Shown here one piece after another: positions 62,105-64,000 of a stretch of DNA of 64,000 nt. How positions within the stretch are numbered: position 1 is the first letter of the stretch; each line of letters begins with the position of its first letter. The stretch lies in NCBI GenBank assembly GCA_043228905.1, contig JBHGNT010000011.1:10602001-10666000 (forward strand), written 5' to 3'. Source of the stretch: Azolla caroliniana (taxonomy: Eukaryota > Plantae > Polypodiophyta). Below the pieces are notes generated by a model. The model had not been told where the DNA came from. It ran no database searches and saw nothing but the letters and a program-made list of their open reading frames with translations. The translations under genes were made by a program, and so were the position numbers.

Positions 62105-62110
<6 letters not shown>
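61440..62110 (+). mobile_element. 5'-truncated non-LTR retrotransposon (LINE) 3' end
   Basis: C-terminal CCHC-type domain remnant LSSHALRCETRRW...LYTLCPKQVRKPEYHTLIQCSAFDHIR, followed by a 3' UTR stem-loop and a (TAA)n tail at 62101-62109. Confidence 0.7.
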
Positions 62111-62144
<34 letters not shown>

Positions 62145-64000
62145 TCTCTCTCTCTCTCCTTCTCTCTCTCTCTCTGCCTTTGAGAAGTGGGAGAGGGTGA
62201 ACAACTACCCAAGCACTCGAAGGAAGGCTCTTGGTTTACGTGCGTACGTTCGCACGCCTTCTTCAAGGTTTGAAGGAAGGCTTGAGGTACATACTCTGAG
62301 CCTTCGAAGGTTGCAAGCATATAAGCTAATAACAATGGAAGGGTCATGAAATGGGGTTGCCTCTCACTCTCAAACTTTTGGATCACTCCCTTCACACCAT
62401 CAGCAATTAGAGGATGTGTAGCTCAAGGCTCAATTGAACCTTGAAGAAATTAACTTGAGAATACACACTCGCTCCCATCTACAATGCTTGACTTTATTGA
62501 TTTTTCCTCATACTCTCATGTCTTCTTAACATGCAAATCCCACTAGGCTAGTGTGGTGTCGATTTTTTCACCTCCCGCAATTCGTAAAACTTTTTTTTGT
62601 TCAGATGTTTTGTAGAGAGCTCCAATTCACAACTAAGAATTCCACAATGATTCTCGTAAAATTTGTGAGACATTCACATGAAGAAGAGCCAGCTTCAATA
62701 TGAACAACCAAGTTTCTTAAAATGAGTCTCCAAAGTCCATCAAAGTGAGGGTTTGAAGTTTCAAGTAACCAACAAAGAGTTAAATGAGCATGGCAAAGCT
62801 AGCTAGGGACTTGAATGAGGCTCATCAAGAACTCCAATAAGGCTTGTGACAAGTTATGTCCAACCACTTGACTCCTATTGCATTTGTACAATTGTAGTTC
62901 TCAATTACATGAATTTTATTGTTTGCCTCATCTACATGCAAAATAGGTACATCCACATTGGTCCTAATCGTGATTATGTGGGTAGCAACATCAAAGGGAG
63001 TAAAATTGTGCAAGGGGAGACATTTGCAATGATTGAGTTAACATTTCCTATAATTTTCTTTAATGGGGTCTTCACACAACATAGGCCATTTAACAAAAGA
63101 AGGAAGCACCACAATGTCATACAAGGTCAAAATTTAAAGCAAAGCATTGAAATGTACATTACCCATAATTTGTAATTTATAAGGTGAATGCTGATTAAAC
63201 AAGCAAAGTTGTTTGATTTTTTTGATCAATTATTTTACAATGTAGCCCTATCAATCTCACCTTATAATTACTATAATTACATTTTGAGAAGGCTGGTGAG
63301 TAATCAATGAACAAAATAGTCTAATTTTCCACTATGTTGTGACTTTCTCATATACAAATTATCTACAAATTACTTTGTGATTGATAATTAATTTGTTAAT
63401 GCATCATCTAGCAATATCCATGTTATAAATTCTATAACGATGATTAATCTAGGATTTTATGTTATGTATGATCAAGCAATCTACTATGACCATGCTAAGA
63501 TGTTTATTACATTTTGGTTCTCTTTTAGGAATCAAAACCTTTTATGCTAATGGTAACATTGGCCAACAACTTTGAATTATAGCTTATTTGACTCCCATAG
63601 CAAATTACTCATATGATCTAGATGCGTTTCATTCCGTCATTTTCTTCCAATAACTCTATTGCGCTAATAGTTATAAGCCATTGCTTGAGGTATCCTTTTG
63701 CCCATGTGTTGTAAAGATGAATGCCCCTATACTATCTTTACGACATATACAGACTTCAATATCTTGAAATTTTGGGAACCAAATGAACAAAAAACATTAA
63801 CCATCTTCATGGAAAAAGAATAAAGGCATGGGAAAATTATCTGTACACAGTTTATTTGGCCCAAATTTAAGCATTTATCTTTTGTTTTCTTTCCCTTAAT
63901 ACATCAGCTTGAGTTACACACAAGATCCTGCAACATGATCAAGGTTATATATTTTCAATCGGCTTTAATTGATCTCGAACGGGATTTTTATTGAGAAAGA

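Noticed and set aside
62400-64000. Short ORFs 62825-63013 and 62846-63175
   Set aside because: AT-rich and stop-riddled. Possibly a decayed gypsy protease region, but too degenerate to call.

Overview
Eukaryotic plant nuclear DNA, probably from a non-seed plant such as a fern (inferred from the Tcn1-type chromoviruses and the gene set). There are two host genes. One is an intronless nepenthesin-like A1 aspartic protease (1882-3471). The other is a 9-exon PLP-dependent class IV aminotransferase-like gene (11575-15757) that the ORF track misses; it was reconstructed by hand and has one GC-AG intron. From 19125 to 54673 lies a nest of LTR retrotransposons, most resolvable by LTR pairs and target-site duplications. 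A Copia (C1) hosts a chromovirus (A) and a Copia (F), and A hosts a near-intact chromovirus (B) and two more Copias (D, E). A 2489-bp near-identical direct duplication flanks a 3665-bp fragment of a different TE nest. The most interesting signals are cis-acting RNA elements with visible covariation. (1) Chromoviruses A and B have Tf1-like self-priming sites: no tRNA PBS, and the PBS is complementary to the element's own predicted transcript 5' end. (2) Three divergent copies share a -1 frameshift cassette, G_UUA_AAC plus an 11-bp hairpin. (3) Copias D and E have a hairpin that encloses the PPT/U3 boundary. The remainder is decayed TE, LINE, microsatellite and tandem-repeat DNA. No prokaryotic system or CRISPR array is supported. 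All coordinates and comparisons were made by eye.
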